IMG/VR virus record: IMGVR_UViG_3300009082_000002
Location: 1-64,000 of that record
DNA length: 64,000 nucleotides
Direction: 5' to 3' (one strand)
Source: a virus
The position numbers were made by a program, and so were the translations under genes. Below the pieces are notes generated by a model. That model had not been told where the DNA came from, did not search any database, and worked only from the letters and a program-made list of their open reading frames with translations. Positions 9,584-18,750 of this stretch are shown piece after piece (the stretch's first letter is position 1; each line of letters opens with the position of its first letter).

Positions 9584-10269
9584 AGGGGATTGAACGTAGA
9601 CGCCCGGAGCTTGCGCCCACTGGGGAGAACGTGCTCCGGTTCGTGAACATGCTCCGTACTCAAGCCTTCAAGCTGGCGCGGGCAGAGCAGATCGAAGTGG
9701 AAGACGCGCGGCAGGAGATCGCGATCTGGGTCGCGGAAGCGCTGGCTCAATTCGACTCGCACGCTGGCCCGCTGCGTCCGTGGGTGAAGCGGTATGTCAG
9801 CTTCAAGGTGGTCGGTCGCGTTCGCATCGCGAGCGCGGTCAAGCGCGTGCCGACCCTCTGGGAGTACGAGCAGGAGATCGGCTGGCAAAGGATGCGTGCT
9901 CCGGTAACTGGTGACCTCGGCGTCATTGATGACCTGCCAGCGGATGCGGAGTCGGCGCCGACGCCCGAGGCGCTCCTCCTGCAGGCCGAGCGACGGCAGC
10001 GGTTTCGCGACGCTATCGACGCGGCTCGGGCTCGCCTGCTGGACGCGAGTACGCCGACAACGCGGGCTGTTGCGGAGCGGGTCTTCGACGGCCGCCTGCT
10101 AGAAGCTGTGGACAGCGGGCGTGGTCGTCGTGACGACGCGGTCAATTATCTGCGAGATGAGCTGCAGGCAACGCGACCGCAGGAGCGGTACCACTGGTTG
10201 AAGGCCCGCCGCCTGCTGGAGCAGGAACTTCGGGCGCGTGGTGAATTATGTGGTCCGCAGGCGCGCTAA
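9580..10269 (+). CDS. Putative RNA polymerase sigma factor (ECF-like region 2)
   Basis: EDARQEIAIWVAEALAQFDSHAGPLRPWVKRYV resembles sigma region 2; PTPEALLLQAE linker; region 4 is weak. Confidence 0.6.
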   Translation: MKGIERRRPELAPTGENVLRFVNMLRTQAFKLARAEQIEVEDARQEIAIWVAEALAQFDSHAGPLRPWVKRYVSFKVVGRVRIASAVKRVPTLWEYEQEIGWQRMRAPVTGDLGVIDDLPADAESAPTPEALLLQAERRQRFRDAIDAARARLLDASTPTTRAVAERVFDGRLLEAVDSGRGRRDDAVNYLRDELQATRPQERYHWLKARRLLEQELRARGELCGPQAR

Positions 10270-10328
10270 AGAGCGAACCATCAACCGCAAGGCGCGAGAC
10301 GCCGCGAAGAGAAGAAGGAGGAAACGAG

Positions 10329-11504
10329 ATGGCGAAGAAGGACGAGACCAAGAAGGAGATCGTGTGCCCGAACTGTCTGGGGCTCCACGCGGCCGACGTG
10401 ACCTGCGACGGCGACTCCGACGCGAAGGACGCCTCGTTGCGCGCAGCCTGCCCTGCCAAAGCGACCTGCCTGCGGCTGCAGGAGTTCGCCGCGGAGGATG
10501 GCCGCGACCCGGACGAGCTGGTGGCGGGCAAGAAGACGCTCACCGAGGTCGAGGCGTGGCTCGACGCACAGGCCGACAAGGAGGGGTCCGAGCCCGACGA
10601 CGCCGCGGATGACGACGAGGACGAGAGCGAGGACGACGACGAGAACGAGGACGAGGAGGACGACGAGGAGGAGGAGCCCGAGGGCGAAAACGTGAACGAG
10701 GATGGCGAGGAGGAGACCGAGCCCGCCAACGAGGAGGAGACCATGGTTCAGAAGGCCGAGAAGAAGGCTGGCAAGGCCAGCAAGCCGAAGGCCAAGCCCG
10801 AGGCCAAGCCGAAGGCCAAGCCGAAGGCCAAGCCCGAGGCCGAGGCCAAGCCCGAAGCCGAGGCCGAAGCCGAGGCCGAGCCGAAGAAGAAGGCCAAGGA
10901 CGAGGAGCCCGCCAAGGCCAAGGAGCCCGCCAAGGCCAAGGAGCCCGCCAAGGCCAAGGAGCCCGCCAAGGCCAAGGAACCCGACTGCTTCGGCAAGCCG
11001 GAGGAGTACGACGGCAAGAGCGACCGCTGCCTGGACTGCTCCTCCGCCAACAACTGTCGCCGCAAGGTGTACGTCACGCGCGCCGTCGAGAAGCGCAAGG
11101 CCGAGCGCAACGGCGACGCGGCGCCTCCCGCGGCCGAGGTCAAGGCCAGCACCAAGCCCAAGGCCGAGCGGAAGCCGCGCGCGAAGACGGCTCGCAAGTC
11201 GGCCAAGGGCAGCGACCCGATCCTCGCCATCGCCAAGGCCAAGGGCTGGACGGTGGAGCAGTACGGCAACCACTACGAGGTCTGTCGGACCGAAGGGCTG
11301 ACCGCGGTGCCGATCCTCCGCGTGTTTACCGACCAGGCGCTCGTCCGCGCGGGCCAGCTGCGCAGCAACCCCGCCGACGTGCTGGGCGCGGAGTCGGTCA
11401 GCGAGTCCGTGGCCGAGGGCTTCAAGTACGACATCGCCACGGGCACCAAGACGGTGGTGAACGCGCTGGCCAAGCTCCTCGACGCCGAGCCCGCGATCGT
11501 TTAA
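10329..11504 (+). CDS. Acidic/Lys-Ala-Pro-rich protein with two Cys4 modules (histone H1-like segment)
   Basis: AGGAGG RBS, strong GC3 codon bias, D/E tract, AKPKAKPE and KEPAKA repeats. Confidence 0.8.
   Translation: MAKKDETKKEIVCPNCLGLHAADVTCDGDSDAKDASLRAACPAKATCLRLQEFAAEDGRDPDELVAGKKTLTEVEAWLDAQADKEGSEPDDAADDDEDESEDDDENEDEEDDEEEEPEGENVNEDGEEETEPANEEETMVQKAEKKAGKASKPKAKPEAKPKAKPKAKPEAEAKPEAEAEAEAEPKKKAKDEEPAKAKEPAKAKEPAKAKEPAKAKEPDCFGKPEEYDGKSDRCLDCSSANNCRRKVYVTRAVEKRKAERNGDAAPPAAEVKASTKPKAERKPRAKTARKSAKGSDPILAIAKAKGWTVEQYGNHYEVCRTEGLTAVPILRVFTDQALVRAGQLRSNPADVLGAESVSESVAEGFKYDIATGTKTVVNALAKLLDAEPAIV
10903..10974 (+). repeat. Four perfect 18-bp tandem repeats AGGAGCCCGCCAAGGCCA (KEPAKA)
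   Basis: Copies at 10903, 10921, 10939 and 10957. Confidence 0.95.
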
Positions 11505-11505
11505 C

Positions 11506-12066
11506 GTGCCGACCCTCGACGAGCTGCGCGCACGGTTCAAGCGCGGCCGTGCGCCAAAGCCCAACGCACCCCGTCCGGTCAAGCTGCCGGACGGGGTTGC
11601 GCCTTGTGCTGCGTGCGGCGGTCGCGGAACGGTCGACATCGACGGCGGACCAAGCGGCCGACTGCCGCGGTCCGTGAAGTGCGGGCGGTGCGGCGGCAGC
11701 GGTTGCGAGCCCAAGAACTTCGGTGCAGAGCCGGTCGAGGCGAAACGTGGCGAGGAGTTCGTCGAGGAGCACCCGCGCCTGGCTGGCGGGGACGATGATG
11801 CGCGCGCCAAGCGGCGCTTTGACCCGCGGAAGTTCGCAGAGCGAAGGATGAAGGTCAGCCGCGAGAAGTACAAGCTGGCGACGGACGCGCACGGCCAAGC
11901 GGACGCCATTATTTTTTTTGGCAAGCACAAGGGATCGAAGGTGTCGGAACTTGCCCACGCGGAACCGAAGTATCTCATGTGGATCTTGGGCGAGGAATTC
12001 GATGCGGAGCTCAAGCACGCCATCATCCAGCAGCTCGGCCTTGACGCGGAGGACTTCGGGCTATGA
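11506..12066 (+). CDS. MPTL-tag protein with DnaJ-type CxxCxGxG zinc motifs and C-terminal FGKHKG (exonuclease X-T C-terminal/DUF3820-like) domain
   Basis: CAACGGRG...CGRCGGSG; IIFFGKHKGSKVSELAHAEPKYLMWIL. Confidence 0.75.
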   Translation: MPTLDELRARFKRGRAPKPNAPRPVKLPDGVAPCAACGGRGTVDIDGGPSGRLPRSVKCGRCGGSGCEPKNFGAEPVEAKRGEEFVEEHPRLAGGDDDARAKRRFDPRKFAERRMKVSREKYKLATDAHGQADAIIFFGKHKGSKVSELAHAEPKYLMWILGEEFDAELKHAIIQQLGLDAEDFGL

Positions 12067-15000
12067 CCTGGGCCAACCTGCACGTTCATTCGATGTTCAG
12101 CTTGCTCGACGGCGTGGGCTCATATGAGGACTATGCCGCGCGGGTGTTGCGCGAGCTGGAGCGGGAGAGCGATTCCGGTCCCGGTTACCTCGCCGCGACC
12201 GAGCACGGCTCGATGAGGGGACTCGTCCGGTTGAAGAAGGTTGCCGACGAGAAGGCGCTCAAGCCCGTCTTCGGGATCGAGTTCTATGTCGCGAAGGATC
12301 ATAGAATCAAAAGCCTGACGGAAGCGGACCGCAAGCTGGTCAAGGATCAGCCGTCGAAGGAGCGGCGCAGTTTTCAGGCTGCGCTGGAGAAGTACCGTGG
12401 CGTCCGACCTCGCTACCACCTCACGGCGTGGGCGCTTAACAACGCCGGGCTCTCGAATTTGATCCGGCTTTCGTCGCGCGCGTGGGTTGATGGATTCTAC
12501 TACTCGCCGCGGATCGACTTCGACCTACTGGCCGAGCACGGCGAAGGCATCGCGGTCGGGACTGCTTGTTTATCTGGTCCGCTCGCCGAACCAGTGCTGC
12601 GCGGCGAGCCACGTGTAGCTATTGAGAACGCGGAGCGGTTGCGTGACATATTTGGCGACCGGCTGTTCGTTGAGGTCATGCCAACTGCTATGCCAGAGCA
12701 GGACAAGGTGAACCGCGCGCTGGTCCGCATTGCAGAGCGGCTGGGCCTGCCACTGCTCGCGACGACCGATACACACTACGCCAAGCCGAAGGACTGGCGG
12801 CTTCAAGAGGCCCTGCTCTGTGTGCAGACCAACGCGAAGATGAGCGACCCGGATCGCTTCCACTTCACGGCTCGAGACTTCTGGTACCGCAGCGCGCGCG
12901 AGATGCGCGCAGCCTTCGCGGGTTATCATCCTTGGATGAGGCGCCGCGACGTGCTCTCGGCTCTCGCCAACACTGGCAGGCTAGCCGCAGCGTGCGAGGC
13001 GAACCTCGCCTTTGACCGTTTTGCTGCCCTTCTTCCGAGCCCGGCTGGCCGCGAGACGACGCCAGCCGAGGACTTCACGACGCTCAAGAACCTCTGCGTC
13101 CGCGGCTGGCGTGACCGCGCAGTGCCGGAGCGCGTGCGCTGGCTTGTCCGTCACGGTCGCGGCAAGTCGGAAGACGTCGATCGCCGGTATCGCGAGCGGC
13201 TCAAGCGTGAGCTATGCGTCTTCCGAGATCTGAAGTTCAGTCGTTACGCCCTCATCGTGGAGGACGCTGTGGCCTTCGCTCGCAGCCGCGGGATCTTTGT
13301 CGGCCCTGGCCGCGGCAGTGCTGGTGGTTCGCTTGTTGTCTTCCTTCTCGGGATCACAAGCATCGATCCGATTGAACACGACCTTCTATTCGAGCGCTTC
13401 ATTGCGCCCGGTCGAATCGACTTACCCGACATCGACATCGACTTCGAGCAGGAGCGACGGCACGAGGTCATCGAGTACATGGTCGAGAAGTACGGGCGCG
13501 AGCACACCGCGCAGATCACGACCTTCTCCTCGATGAAAGGGCGTGGTTGTTTCCGCGACGTCGCGCGTGTGTTCGGTGTCGGGCCGGAGGAAGTCAACCG
13601 AGTCGCCGGTACGATCCTTCAGCGGTTACCCGGAGAGGAGCGCGAGGACCGAGCTATCACGGATTCGCTGAAGATCTCGCCGCAGTGCAAGCGCTTCAAG
13701 AAGAAGCGGCCCATTGTGTTCAGCGTGGCGCAGCGGCTCGAAGGCACGCTGCGACAAGTCGGGCTGCACGCTGGCGGCGTGGTCGTGTCGCCTGTGCCGC
13801 TGGACCAAGTGGTGCCGCTGGAGAGCAGGCCTGGCGAAGGTGGCTTGCGCGTGCCCGTCATCGCGGTCGACTTCCGCGACGCGCAGGAGTTGAGCCTGGT
13901 CAAGATGGATTTCCTCGGGCTGAAGAACCTGACCGCGATCCGGTACGCGCTGGGAGCTGTCGAGGAGCATCACGACGCCGAGGTCACGCTGGAGGATCTA
14001 GAGGCCAGCCACTTCGACGACGCCGATGTCATCGAGGCGTTCAACGACCACTCGAAGCTCGTCGGGATTTTCCAATTCGACACGACCAGCATGATCTCGA
14101 TCATGCGCTTCACCGTCCGGCGCTTCGAGGACCTCGTCGCGCTCAACGCCCTCAACCGACCGGGTGCGATGCGGTCCGGCCTGGCCGTCATGTACGCCGC
14201 TCGCGCGGACGGTCGGAGCAAGGTGAAGAAGACGCACCCGATTGTGGATGAGATCACAGCCTCGACGCTGGGCGTGCTCACCTACCAGGAACAGGTCTCA
14301 CGGATCTTCGTCGAGCTGGCCGGCTACGACCCGGGCGACGCGGACAAGATCCGAAAGAAGATCGGCAAGAGCGAAGGCGAGAAGGCCATCAAGCCAGAGG
14401 AGGCCAAGTTCATCGCTGGTGCGGCTGCTCACGGGCTGGACCCGAAAGACGCGGCCAAGCTGTTCGCGAAGATCTTGAAGTTCGGTGGGTACGCCTTCAA
14501 CCGTTCGCATGCGGCCGAGTACTCGGCCCTAGCGTATTGGGAGATGCTGCTCAAGGTCCGGTACCCCGCCGCGTTCTACCTCGGCCTCCTCCAGTCGGAA
14601 GACAAGCCCGAGAAGACTGCGCGCTACATCGAGGCCGCGTCGCGGGATGGCGTTGAAGTCCTGACGCCGGACGTGAACCAGAGCCGCGATGTCTATGTGC
14701 TGGCAGACGGTGCAATCCGGCCCCCACTGATCGGGATCAAAGGCGTCGGTCCCAAGTCGACCGCGAGCATCCTAGCGCAGCAACCTTTCCGATCCTTCTC
14801 GGACCTCATCGAGCGAACCGACTCGCGCTCCGTGAACCGGACCGCCTTGTCCGCGTTGGTTCTCGGCGGTGCGCTGGACAGCATCATCCAGAATCGCCGC
14901 TTTGTGTACGAGGAGTTAGAGCGGCTAGTCAACGCAGCACGGAAGGGCGACGGCGCAGTCGTGGACACGGAGATCGCGATGAGCGGTAAGGGTTCGCCCG

Positions 15001-15785
15001 ATTTCGAGCCGCGCGAGCGGGCTCGTCTTGCAATCGGGGCCGGCGTGGTCGGGCCTGGCCAGTCGATGCTGGACGCATACGCTGATCTCTGGGAAGCGCT
15101 GGAGGCAAAGGGTGTCGAGCTGACGCGGCTTGCCGAGATCGACTGGGGCGAGGCGTTGATCTGGGCCAAGGCGGTCGCGCGAGAGTCGAAGACGATCACG
15201 ACAGATGACGGACGCGTCGCTTCGCTGGTCCTGACTGACGGGTCCGGCGTGGACCTCCGCGCCAGGATGGAAGCCGATGAGCTGGACGTGTACGAGAAGG
15301 CCGTGGCGCGAGCGCAGGGCAAGGTGGTCCTGGTCCGCGCAAGCCTGAACGCGAAGGCGAAGCAACTGCGCGCGCTGCAAGTCTGGGACGGCGCTGCGCT
15401 TCACGACGCATGGAAGCGCGAGGCGTTGACGGCCGCGCAGGCCGCGGTCTTCCGAAACCCGTTGCGCAAGTTCAAGCCAAGGTCTGACCTGCGGAAGGGG
15501 AAAGCGCTAGAGCAGGACTGGCTTCGCTTCACGGGTCGTGTCGAGGCGGTCAAACTCTGGAAGGATAAGAATGGACACGCGATGGCCTTCTTCGACGTGC
15601 AGGCTTATCGCGGCTCCGTATCCGCGGTCTGTTTCGCGTCGAGCTTCAACGCGTACCAGGCGCACCTCCGACCTGGTGTCGTGGCACGCTTCGAGTTGAT
15701 CCGCGGCGGCGGTGGCGGTTGGCTGCTGGACGCCGACAGCGGGTGCCGAGTGGAGCCCTTGGAAGATGGTCCACACCGGGGCTAG
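12063..15785 (+). CDS. dnaE: DNA polymerase III alpha subunit
   Basis: PHP motif HVHSMFSLLDG; GPGRGSAGGSLV; PDIDIDF; KMDFLGL; GYAFNRSHA; C-terminal OB folds. Confidence 0.97.
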   Translation: MTWANLHVHSMFSLLDGVGSYEDYAARVLRELERESDSGPGYLAATEHGSMRGLVRLKKVADEKALKPVFGIEFYVAKDHRIKSLTEADRKLVKDQPSKERRSFQAALEKYRGVRPRYHLTAWALNNAGLSNLIRLSSRAWVDGFYYSPRIDFDLLAEHGEGIAVGTACLSGPLAEPVLRGEPRVAIENAERLRDIFGDRLFVEVMPTAMPEQDKVNRALVRIAERLGLPLLATTDTHYAKPKDWRLQEALLCVQTNAKMSDPDRFHFTARDFWYRSAREMRAAFAGYHPWMRRRDVLSALANTGRLAAACEANLAFDRFAALLPSPAGRETTPAEDFTTLKNLCVRGWRDRAVPERVRWLVRHGRGKSEDVDRRYRERLKRELCVFRDLKFSRYALIVEDAVAFARSRGIFVGPGRGSAGGSLVVFLLGITSIDPIEHDLLFERFIAPGRIDLPDIDIDFEQERRHEVIEYMVEKYGREHTAQITTFSSMKGRGCFRDVARVFGVGPEEVNRVAGTILQRLPGEEREDRAITDSLKISPQCKRFKKKRPIVFSVAQRLEGTLRQVGLHAGGVVVSPVPLDQVVPLESRPGEGGLRVPVIAVDFRDAQELSLVKMDFLGLKNLTAIRYALGAVEEHHDAEVTLEDLEASHFDDADVIEAFNDHSKLVGIFQFDTTSMISIMRFTVRRFEDLVALNALNRPGAMRSGLAVMYAARADGRSKVKKTHPIVDEITASTLGVLTYQEQVSRIFVELAGYDPGDADKIRKKIGKSEGEKAIKPEEAKFIAGAAAHGLDPKDAAKLFAKILKFGGYAFNRSHAAEYSALAYWEMLLKVRYPAAFYLGLLQSEDKPEKTARYIEAASRDGVEVLTPDVNQSRDVYVLADGAIRPPLIGIKGVGPKSTASILAQQPFRSFSDLIERTDSRSVNRTALSALVLGGALDSIIQNRRFVYEELERLVNAARKGDGAVVDTEIAMSGKGSPDFEPRERARLAIGAGVVGPGQSMLDAYADLWEALEAKGVELTRLAEIDWGEALIWAKAVARESKTITTDDGRVASLVLTDGSGVDLRARMEADELDVYEKAVARAQGKVVLVRASLNAKAKQLRALQVWDGAALHDAWKREALTAAQAAVFRNPLRKFKPRSDLRKGKALEQDWLRFTGRVEAVKLWKDKNGHAMAFFDVQAYRGSVSAVCFASSFNAYQAHLRPGVVARFELIRGGGGGWLLDADSGCRVEPLEDGPHRG

Positions 15786-15832
15786 CTTGCGAACCATGTA
15801 GCAGGGCCAACAGGCCCAGAAGGAGCAAGGAC

Positions 15833-16351
15833 ATGCAGCGTGAGGTTGTGGTGGTCATCCGCGACGAGGAGGTCAACATCACCAAGGAACTCGGCATCGG
15901 GCCGGACCTGGGCCAGGAGATGGCGAGCATCCCGGGTCAGCTCGCGTACTTCGGGACCATGCTCTCCGAGGCGCAAGCGAACCAGGCCCGCGTCGAGGCC
16001 GAGTACCGGGCCTGGCGGGCGAAGCAGATCGAGGTCTTCCTCGAGGCGGACCCGAAGCTGGCCGAGTGGAAGGTCCGCGCGCAGGTGGAGGTGCTGCCGC
16101 AGTTCATGAGCCACAAGGAGGCGCAGGCCAAGGCCGAGAAGTTCGTCCACGACCTCTGGGCCGTGTACGACGCCTTCGGGCGGAAGGCCGACATGCTCCG
16201 CAGCAAGGGAGCCCGCGAGCGGATGGATCTGGAGAAGGGGTACGGCGGGCTCGGTTGCGGCGCCAGCGACGAAAGCGAGGATGAGCGGCGCGAGCGCGTC
16301 GCCGAGATCACAAACAGGACCAAGGGCCGCAAGCGTGAGCGGCCGGAGTAG
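15833..16351 (+). CDS. UvsY-like recombination mediator
   Basis: Helical protein with LGQEMASIPGQLAYF...AFGRKADMLRS pattern, immediately upstream of SSB and RecA. Confidence 0.55.
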   Translation: MQREVVVVIRDEEVNITKELGIGPDLGQEMASIPGQLAYFGTMLSEAQANQARVEAEYRAWRAKQIEVFLEADPKLAEWKVRAQVEVLPQFMSHKEAQAKAEKFVHDLWAVYDAFGRKADMLRSKGARERMDLEKGYGGLGCGASDESEDERRERVAEITNRTKGRKRERPE

Positions 16352-16363
16352 GAGGATCGACCG

Positions 16364-17587
16364 ATGGGAAAGACAGATATCGCGAAGCTGAAGAAGTACA
16401 AGCGGGAACGCTCGACGGGGAAGTTCTTGCTCATCCCCGAGGGCGACTCTCTCATTTACCTGGCCCCCGCCGCGCGCGAGAACTGGGATCTCCCCTTCCT
16501 GGAGACGGCGGTTCACTTCGGGCTCTCCGGCACGGTCATGTGTCTGAACCCTGATCGCAACCCGCTGCTCAAGGACGAGGAGTTCCTCAAGCTCTGCAAG
16601 AAGGCCAAGGTGGACGTCACCGGCCCGTGCCCGATCTGCCAGGCGCTCCAGGGCAAGCCCGGCAAGCCCGGGCTCTGGGACACGGACAAGGAAACGGCGC
16701 GGAAGATCAAGTGCTCGCCGCGCTTCATCATGGCCGCAGCCCTGCTCTACCATCGCAAGGACTCGACGCTCGACTACGCGCCGCGCGAGCCCTTCGAGGT
16801 GCGGCCCATGCCGCAAGGCAAGAAGAATTGGGAAGCCTTCGTCGACGTGTTCATCGACCTCGACCGCGACATCACCGACCCGATGGAGGCCGTCCTGATC
16901 AAGATCCACCGTGACGGCACGGGCGTCGAGAGCCAGTACACCTGCGCGGCCGATCCCAAGTCCGCGGCCAAGCCGATGTGCCTGGCCAAGTCCGCGCGCG
17001 CCAAGATCCGCGAGGCGCTCCAGCCCGGGTCCGAGTGCGATCCCTACGTCGTCGCGCTCGACTGGGTCAAGCCGAAGTCAGAGCTGACCGCCATGCTCGA
17101 CGGCATCGACATCGACGACGACGACGACGACGACGAGATCGAGGAGCCGGGCGGCAGCGAGGACGAGAAGGAGGGCGACGAGTGCTTCGGCCTCGACTAC
17201 GACCCGCGCGACGAGGACTGCCAAGGCTGCGCCAGGGCCAAGGCCTGCGCAAAGGAGGCCGGGCACGCCGACGCCACTGACGACGACGAGGACGAGAAGT
17301 CGGGCGAGGACGACGACGAGGACGAGAAGTCGGACGAGGACGACGAGGACGACGAGGACGACGACGAGGACGACGACGAGGACGACGAGAAGTCGGACGA
17401 CGGCGAGAGCGAGGAGCCGGGCGACGACGATGATCTCGACGAGCTGGAGAAGGCGCTCGACGAGAAGCGCACCAGCAAGTCCCCGAAGACGAGCACCAAG
17501 AAGTCCCCCGCCAAGGCGGCGACGGCCGCGAAGGGTGCGGCGGCGGCGAAGTCCGACAGGACCAAGCCCCGCAGGCGCCCGGCCTAG
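16364..17587 (+). CDS. gp32-like single-stranded DNA-binding protein
   Basis: VHF...CLN...CPIC zinc site; DITDP...IKIHRDGTG...Y; long acidic tail; located between the UvsY-like gene and RecA. Confidence 0.75.
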   Translation: MGKTDIAKLKKYKRERSTGKFLLIPEGDSLIYLAPAARENWDLPFLETAVHFGLSGTVMCLNPDRNPLLKDEEFLKLCKKAKVDVTGPCPICQALQGKPGKPGLWDTDKETARKIKCSPRFIMAAALLYHRKDSTLDYAPREPFEVRPMPQGKKNWEAFVDVFIDLDRDITDPMEAVLIKIHRDGTGVESQYTCAADPKSAAKPMCLAKSARAKIREALQPGSECDPYVVALDWVKPKSELTAMLDGIDIDDDDDDDEIEEPGGSEDEKEGDECFGLDYDPRDEDCQGCARAKACAKEAGHADATDDDEDEKSGEDDDEDEKSDEDDEDDEDDDEDDDEDDEKSDDGESEEPGDDDDLDELEKALDEKRTSKSPKTSTKKSPAKAATAAKGAAAAKSDRTKPRRRPA

Positions 17588-17608
17588 TCCGCGCAGTGAG
17601 TTCACCTT

Positions 17609-17676
17609 GCGGGCTCCCGCATCACGGCTAACCGCTAGCTCTCCCGCTTGCGATGGTCATCGGTGCGGGAGCCCGC
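17609..17676 (+). other. Intergenic hairpin (13-bp perfect stem), possible terminator or processing site
   Basis: GCGGGCTCCCGCA (17609-17621) pairs with TGCGGGAGCCCGC (17664-17676); followed by GTCTTGTGT and the recA RBS. Confidence 0.6.
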
Positions 17677-17696
17677 GTCTTGTGTAGGAGGTCCAC

Positions 17697-18749
17697 GTGC
17701 CCCGCAAGAGTACAACGAGGACCCGTCCTGGCGTTGTGTCGCTGGCGCGCGAGCTCGCCAAGGCTGATGCGAGCCTGCTAATCGGCGATGCGGCCAGCGC
17801 GCACATGACCATCCGCGGAGTTGTGCCGACCGGGCTGGAGAACATCGACATCGCCATCGGGATCGGCGGGCTGCCGTGGGGCCGGCTCTCGATGATCCAA
17901 GGACCGGAGGGCGGCGGCAAGACCTCCTTCTGCCTGTCGTGTTGTCGCGCGGTTCAACGGGAGGGCGGGGTCGCCGTGTACTATGATCCCGAGCGGAAGC
18001 TGAACAAGCCTTTCGCCTCCCGCAACGGGGTCGACACTGACGAGCTGGTCCTCGGCCACCCGGACACGATGGAGGCGATGGCGTACAAGATCATGAAGCT
18101 CGCCGACCGAGCCGTGGATATGGCCGTCGAGTACGAGCGGGACATCCCGGTCCTCGTCGTCGTGGATTCGATCACGGCGCTCAAGACCGGGCTGGATACG
18201 CCGCTCAAGAAGATGGTCGAGAAGGGCACGGCGCCGAGAGTCGGCGGGCAGGCCGCGATCATGTCAGCCCTGCTCCGCGAGGTCATCCCGAAGATCGCGC
18301 AGACTTCGCTCTCGCTCCTGTTCGTGTCGCAGCTTCGGACCAAGCTCACCAGCTTCGGCGCGCAGCAAGACTCGACGTGTGGCAACGCGCCCCGTTTTTA
18401 TGCCTCGCTCATCCTTCAGGCGAGACCCGAGACCGAGTGGGAGAGCAGTCGGAAGGTGGGCGCGAAGGTCGAAGCGGAGGTCGTGAAGAACCAGGTGGCA
18501 CAGCCGTTCCAGCGGGCTACTTACAAGATCAACGGCGCGCGTGGCCTCGACTACGAACACTCGCTGATGGAGGCTTGCCTCGTGCAAGACCTCGCGGCGA
18601 AGTCCGGGAGCTGGACTGTCTTCGACGAGGCCAGATTCGGCAAGCTCAAGGTGCAAGGTGCCCGCGGTCTGCGCAGGCTCGACAAGGCCAGCGGCGGCGA
18701 ACTTTACAAGAAGATCCGAAGTGCGGTCCGTACCGCCGCGGGGTGGTAG
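17697..18749 (+). CDS. recA: RecA/UvsX recombinase
   Basis: PTGLENIDIAIGIGGLPWGR; GPEGGGKT; VVDSITAL; FVSQLR; RFYAS; VVKNQVAQPF. Confidence 0.95.
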   Translation: MPRKSTTRTRPGVVSLARELAKADASLLIGDAASAHMTIRGVVPTGLENIDIAIGIGGLPWGRLSMIQGPEGGGKTSFCLSCCRAVQREGGVAVYYDPERKLNKPFASRNGVDTDELVLGHPDTMEAMAYKIMKLADRAVDMAVEYERDIPVLVVVDSITALKTGLDTPLKKMVEKGTAPRVGGQAAIMSALLREVIPKIAQTSLSLLFVSQLRTKLTSFGAQQDSTCGNAPRFYASLILQARPETEWESSRKVGAKVEAEVVKNQVAQPFQRATYKINGARGLDYEHSLMEACLVQDLAAKSGSWTVFDEARFGKLKVQGARGLRRLDKASGGELYKKIRSAVRTAAGW

Positions 18750-18750
18750 C

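Noticed and set aside
10281-12089. 602-aa minus-strand ORF and similar long antisense ORFs (43987-46014, 53698-55275, 23129-24601)
   Set aside because: They are antisense to well-supported genes, have no motifs, and are typical GC3 shadows.
12063-18749. Inteins or introns in dnaE and recA (also checked in terL)
   Set aside because: Protein lengths are normal, motifs are contiguous, and no intein splice-junction signatures were seen.
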